Assembly (NCBI GenBank): GCA_964016885.1
Contig: OZ024745.1
Coordinates: 40,796,001 to 40,860,000 of the forward strand
DNA: 64,000 nt
DNA from: Eledone cirrhosa
Lineage: Eukaryota
Direction of reading: 5' to 3'
The notes beneath the pieces are model-generated. The model did not search any database, was not told the origin of the DNA, and was given only the letters and a program-made list of their open reading frames with translations. Positions within the stretch are counted from its first letter, which is position 1. Each line of letters starts with the position of its first letter. The position numbers and the translations under genes were made by a program. Below are positions 57,231 to 64,000 of the stretch, piece by piece.

Positions 57231-57907
57231 AACAATTCTTCAGTAAATCACACGTAACGGTTTTAAAATTCGAAACATACGAGTTATAATTTAATCTATG
57301 ATAACATAGCCCTCGAATGAAATATGTGGCGGTTATAACTAGAATGGACTTTATCCTGGTATTATTTGATCACGGTATTTGGAGACATATAGGCTGTGGA
57401 ATGTGTATTCTACAATAGATTAAAAAACAAGATACTTGAAACATACATTAGGAATGAACATAAACAAAGTGTTCTACTATAAAAGTTGTTAAAGAATTCT
57501 ATATATTTTTTACAACCGAAATAAATGAGATTTAAACCGTTTAATATCAAATAAACGATCCTATCAACTCACTTTCTCATATCCGCAGTCATTTGGATTT
57601 CCTTAGTTGCAAGTAACCTCCTGACGTTTATAGTATTTTCAACATTTTAGTATTCTTCCGCAATGTCAGCGGAAATCAAAGAAATTAAATATATTTATGG
57701 ATACGACCTGTGTATGCGGTCCAGTTAAAGGTGTTTGACATAGAAAGCAATTTGCAAATACAACGATATTATACAAACAAGTATTAAATTGTTAAAGATC
57801 CTTTCTTTTATTCGTATAAGCTGTATTTCCTATGTCAACAGATTTTCTAATACACACGGATATAACACGTAAATACATGTAAGCGAATTACTTCAGAAGA
57901 TTATTAC

Positions 57908-58734
<827 letters not shown>

Positions 58735-59111
58735 ATAAACGCATCCATACATACACAGGTTCGTGTATGTAATAGAGTGCACATATACAAACGTCTATGC
58801 AAGAAAACACGCAATGCAATCAATGTACACAAGCACATAACATAAAGTTCAGCGTATCACAGCAACCATGCTGTCGAAGTTATGTTGAGCTTGACATTAA
58901 AACCTCTGGCAAGAGTGATTAATGTATTAACACGATTCAATAACCAGAGGAATTAAATTCATGACACCCTCTTGCAGTGTTTATTAGTCAGTTCGGGTCC
59001 CAGTAGAGGGCAGCATAGAGATATGGATTGCCGTAATTCTCAGCCAGTTACTATTGACAATAATTGTTCACTGCTGGAGGAAACAGCTACCGTGTTAAAA
59101 GTGACCGAAAA

Positions 59112-59158
<47 letters not shown>

Positions 59159-59781
59159 TACATGTACATACATACATATATACATACTAACATATACGCA
59201 CGCACACACATATATATATATACATATATAACTAGAGCGTGCGTATAATATATTTACATATATATTTAGGTATACGTACATTAAATCAATACAAATATAA
59301 AAGAAAATATGTAATAACTAGTATGTGAACAATAATAGGAAATTGAGTGTACAATGCATTGATTTTGAAGAGATGCTGATGTTTGCGTAGGTTGCAGTGA
59401 CTATTGGGGTGTCTGATATTAACGATTTCTAATTTTGACACAAGGTTAGTAATTTAAGGGAAAGGAAATGTCGATTATAACCACGCAGTATTTTACTGGT
59501 ACTTCCGTTTATCCATATATGTAGGAAGATTGGCAAGCTTGATCTGGGCGGGATTTGAAACAAATGTCATGAACGAAATAATGCAATGTATTTCATCCGA
59601 CACACGAACGATTCTGCTAATAATGCATAATAATGCATTCTTAAAAATGTTTAAGAATGCAAGTGCCTGCACTACATCACTGACTCCAGTTTGTTAACAA
59701 TAATCAATGTTCAATATACATTTCTCTCTCTCTCTCACTTTCTCTCTCTTTCTTTCTCTTTCTCTTTCTCTCTCTCTCTCT

Positions 59782-59884
<103 letters not shown>

Positions 59885-60446
59885 GAAGGAGTGTGGTAAG
59901 GAACCAGGTGGACCATACAAAACCTAACAAATCGGTTCCCCATTTCAAGTGGCGGGATTTAAACTCAGCGTCAGAACAAATCCGGCGAAGCACCTCGTCC
60001 GACTCTTTAGCCATTCCACTATTCCATCAACCCTAAATTGCTAATTTATTTATCGACTGCGAAAAATTCAAAGTTTAATTTAATCTCGGTTGGATTTGTA
60101 CTCAATTCGGAAAAGGTTGGACTAAATACTTATGGAACCACTGTGTTGCAATATTGCAAGCATTCACACCATCTCTACATCCGAGAGATAATGCGATTAT
60201 TTGATCCGCTTCTCTCTAGTGTAAATATCACATTAGGATCTTGCAAAAGTTCATAGAGACTGATCTTTTGTCTATTAGTAATTTAGAATATATGGAAGAT
60301 AATGCAGTATATGAACGACAATACACACTATACGATGGATATGATATAGGATTAGTGAAGAATAAAGTCGATCTTGAAAGAATTTGAAAAGAGAAATCAA
60401 GTCTAGTATCTATATGCTAAAATACTTTCTGTTTTGTATTATTGCC

Positions 60447-60601
60447 GCGGTGGATTAGCAGTATCGGAGAGGGTCGGATGCCATGATTTAAGTTCAAATC
60501 CCGCCGAGGTTAACTTTGCCTTTCATCCTTACGGGGTCGATAAAATAAAGTACCAGTAATGCACTGGATTAATTGCTGGCCTTGTGCCCAAAGCATAAAC
60601 A
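60447..60601 (+). mobile_element. tRNA-derived SINE with internal deletion
   Basis: SINE consensus motifs. Confidence 0.88.
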
Positions 60602-61853
60602 AATATTGCTGCTGTATTGGAGATTTCACTGAAGCATGGTATATTAATAGAAACAATAAATCCAAAGCCTAAATCCCAGTTTCAGTGAAATAATATACGT
60701 GCTTGGTCTGCAAAAATAAACTATTTTCTGAAGTATAAATGCAAATTAAACATATAAAGGGAAACATGGAATTATGAAAATATCGTGAATATGCAACTGA
60801 TTTCTATAATTCAGCAACTATCTGGTGACAAACGTGTAGAATGATCCACGGTGTATTTGATGATGTCTTTAATTAAACTGTCATATACTATTAGATACTT
60901 AGTTTAGAAAAAAAATTTAATGTATATTTTGTTAATTTAAAAATGGGAAGAATTCACTCGGGAATTGCATACGAGATATGAATATTAACTAAGGTTGAGA
61001 ATTATTTTATATCAAATCTAAAGAATTAAGTAAAATAATTCTATACAAATAAAAACATTATTAGATTGATGTGTATGAGAAATTTTACTCAGAGCCTAAC
61101 AAATGGCTTAAAGTTGAATAATTTTAATTTAGCTTAATTTTATATATATATATAAAATATTTTTATTTTCCTTGTGAAATAGCTAATTGCTTTTCTCATG
61201 AAATTATAGTGATCTAATGTAACTTTGACAAATTGCGGAATACCAAACAATTCATTGCCAGCAGATTATATTTCAATAGATTGCATCGACGATGTGATGG
61301 CAGGGTATTGGACATTTTAAACTAAAGGATTGACAGTATCTATTTCTTACCAACCATGGGCTCAATGTATCAAGAATGAAATCATTTACACACTTTTTCT
61401 TTTTCTCCCTCCATTTATATATATATATACACACACACACATCCATGCGCTCACACATATGTGTGTGTTTGTGTGTGTGAGCCTGTGTGTGGATGGGGTG
61501 GGTGCAATGTTATCCTTCATATGCATTTGGGTTTACAAACTGAGAGATTTTACAGTCAGAATGGTCTTAATGGACTGCAGTCCGTTTGTATTTATTTTTA
61601 ATACACCGAGAATAAGTGACCAAATGATTAACAGCAATTTTGGACACTATATTTAATTTGTTTCGTTATTTTCATGTCGGTGTTCCCTTTTCTGTGGGGC
61701 CCAATAGAAGGATGGACTAACCCTCACAGTAATTTCCAAACATTGCCATGTCATTATTATATCCACCGTTAATGTTATCCTTAAATTTCTAATTGACATA
61801 CTTCCACATCCAATCCAACACCAACATCATTAGTAAGTGTTAGTCCATTATAA

Positions 61854-62000
61854 AGGGCGCGTGGCTTAGTGGGCAATGTGCGGCGCACACTACTGTAAGG
61901 TTATAGAATTTGATTCCCAGATCTAGCGGCAAGTTTTTGTCCTTGAACAAGACATTTTATTTTGCGTTGCCCCAATCCACTCAGCTAGATAAAATTAGTT
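61854..62000 (+). mobile_element. Second SINE family (tRNA head, CORE-like central segment)
   Basis: GTGGCTTAGTGG A-box, TTTGATTCC B-box-like, tgtccttgaacaagacatttta, ccactcagct. Confidence 0.6.
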
Positions 62001-63454
62001 GCGACGACACTGGCATCAGAGTCAGGAGAGGCAACTGCTGGTGTTCACAATGCATGAATCAATCTTGTTCTTCTTGAGTCCTCAATCGAAGGTGAAACAT
62101 TTATTGTGATTTCTCTAATGGATAGAATATATGTGGCTCACCAAACCTGCATACCCACAGTTTTCTCCACTAACTAAAGCAGTTGTGCAAAGACATTGTC
62201 GAATAAATAGTCGACCAACTGCGAGGCCACTGGTGTTCAAGACGCTTGGTCTATATCATTAAACTGATGATCATCGCCTGAGCTACTGCTTTCTATGAGA
62301 CAATTAGGGTTATTTTGAAACTTACTTATCTAGATCCGACCGGTTCTGCTGGACTAGCATATGATAGCCATATCAGAGGCACCTCGTGTAGAATAAAGCT
62401 TTTCAGTACGCGGATTGGTCAGAGAGAGGCTATCTGCTCAGATTGAATGAGCATATATTGCGCGACATCAGTTCGCTGAGTGACATGTAGAACAGACACT
62501 GTGACACACAGGGAGGCCACAAAGACCACCAAGTGCTAACCAGTTAAATCTACTACAGCTCAGAACATATACATATTAATTTAATGTGTACCCACACGAT
62601 ATATACATATGTACACACAATTGGATGGCTATTGATTCCCATAATTTACTCCCTCATTTCTCAAGTTTTGTTTTTCATATATCAAGGTGTCCAAGCAAAT
62701 ATAGTGGGATTTCCGGTTTAGTCGCCGACGAGCCAAACATGTGACAGACTGTACTGGGTTGCATGTTGCCAGTAGAACTCAAGAATGACCTGACATGGTT
62801 CACAATCCACGGCTAGTCATAACCGATGGGTTTCTTACCTTTCCTTCCACCATTGATTTTCAGTTTCAGATCAACGTCTCCGGTGCAATTACTGGCTACA
62901 TAAGTGTATATTTATGTAAATATATAATCCGTTTCACATCCGTTCAAGGAAAGAGGAAATGAAGATTTCGATTGATCTTTCCAATGCTGGCAGTATCTAC
63001 CGGTCTCAACTATTGGCACAAATGTCACCGTTTTTTCCAATGTCAGGAGAGGTGATTTGAAATCAGGATGCATAGAGATGGAACAGATATCGCAAATATT
63101 TCAATCTCACCAGCTCCAGCAATGCCTGGCCCTGGACTGCTACTAAATATATGGAATGTGGGATTAGAACTAAGAGAACGGTTGTAGAAAAACGCCATTC
63201 TAACGAGTCTCTCAATTCAGTGTAACTACATCCAAACCCACATGCAAAAGCAAGCGTGAAGACGAATTGTTGCTTCATACAGATATTTCTCTCTTCATAT
63301 ATTTACAGTGCATAAGGAAAACAAAATTTTAAATGTTTGAATAAAAATAGTTTACATAAACCAGCATCTCATGATAATAGATCGTCTTTCAGAATAAATA
63401 CCATATGCATAACTCTTAACTACATAAACATTTCCATTGAAAAGGTAATCAAAC

Positions 63455-63531
63455 TTTTAAAATGTTTTGTTTTTAAATATCCATGTCATAAATAATATAA
63501 CATGGATATTTAAAAACAAAACATTTTAAAA
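63455..63531. repeat. Perfect 31-bp-arm hairpin
   Basis: TTTTAAAATGTTTTGTTTTTAAATATCCATG...CATGGATATTTAAAAACAAAACATTTTAAAA. Confidence 0.85.
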
Positions 63532-64000
63532 TATGTATCTACAAATGAAGATGACATTTTTATACCGTTATATAAGGCACGGATGTGGTAGTACGCATAG
63601 CTCTATATTTTCTCAATGCCTCCGAGACTGCTGGGAGGAAGAGAGAATATAATTGTACCAAACATCAGATCAGAATATTTGCAACTAAATGTACCCAATA
63701 ACGAGAGGAGGACTTTAAACCGAATTGACGATTTAAGTATACCAGCCAAGAATTGAAAACACCATAAAAATATCGCAACACCACTAGTAGGATACCATGA
63801 TAATTCCGCTATTCCACCACCTTCATTTGGGACTTATTTCATCGACACCGAAATAATGAATTTCAAGTTCGCCGTCGGCTGCATTTGACTTTAGGGCTCG
63901 GAGAATCGTTTGTTTATTTTGGAAAGGAAATTTGGTATTAGCATTTAGCAGGAGTTTTAAAAGATAGTTTGTTCCTCATCCTTCTTGTCAGTAATACTGT

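Noticed and set aside
62264-62310. CTGATGA TCAT...ATGA GACA
   Set aside because: Only a 4-bp stem II, mutated GAAA, no stem I or III, no (TA)n context; compatible with chance
63063-63278. 71-aa ORF with hydrophobic N-terminus
   Set aside because: No recognisable family; lies among decayed repeat sequence

Overview
Eukaryotic, AT-rich, repeat-dominated window with no supportable host gene. The repeat content suggests an invertebrate, most likely an octopus or other cephalopod (inference). It contains a near-intact APE-RT LINE embedded in (TA)n, two decayed Penelope-like elements (PLEs, RT plus GIY-YIG), CRE- and RTE-like LINE remnants, many tRNA-derived SINEs and very long (TA)n arrays. Most ORFs in the supplied track are microsatellite artefacts. 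The main hidden signal is about 20 type I hammerhead-ribozyme (HHR) motifs, found by eye, from at least 10 unrelated short non-coding repeat families that sit in (TA)n tracts. They usually have palindromic stem III and often long stem II inserts. They repeatedly form head-to-head inverted units with one long tailed arm and one short arm. Two copies begin at or next to the predicted self-cleavage site. This points to a family of ribozyme-processed, (TA)n-targeted, PLE-mobilised non-autonomous retroelements (retrozyme-like). All folds and coordinates were read manually and need computational confirmation.
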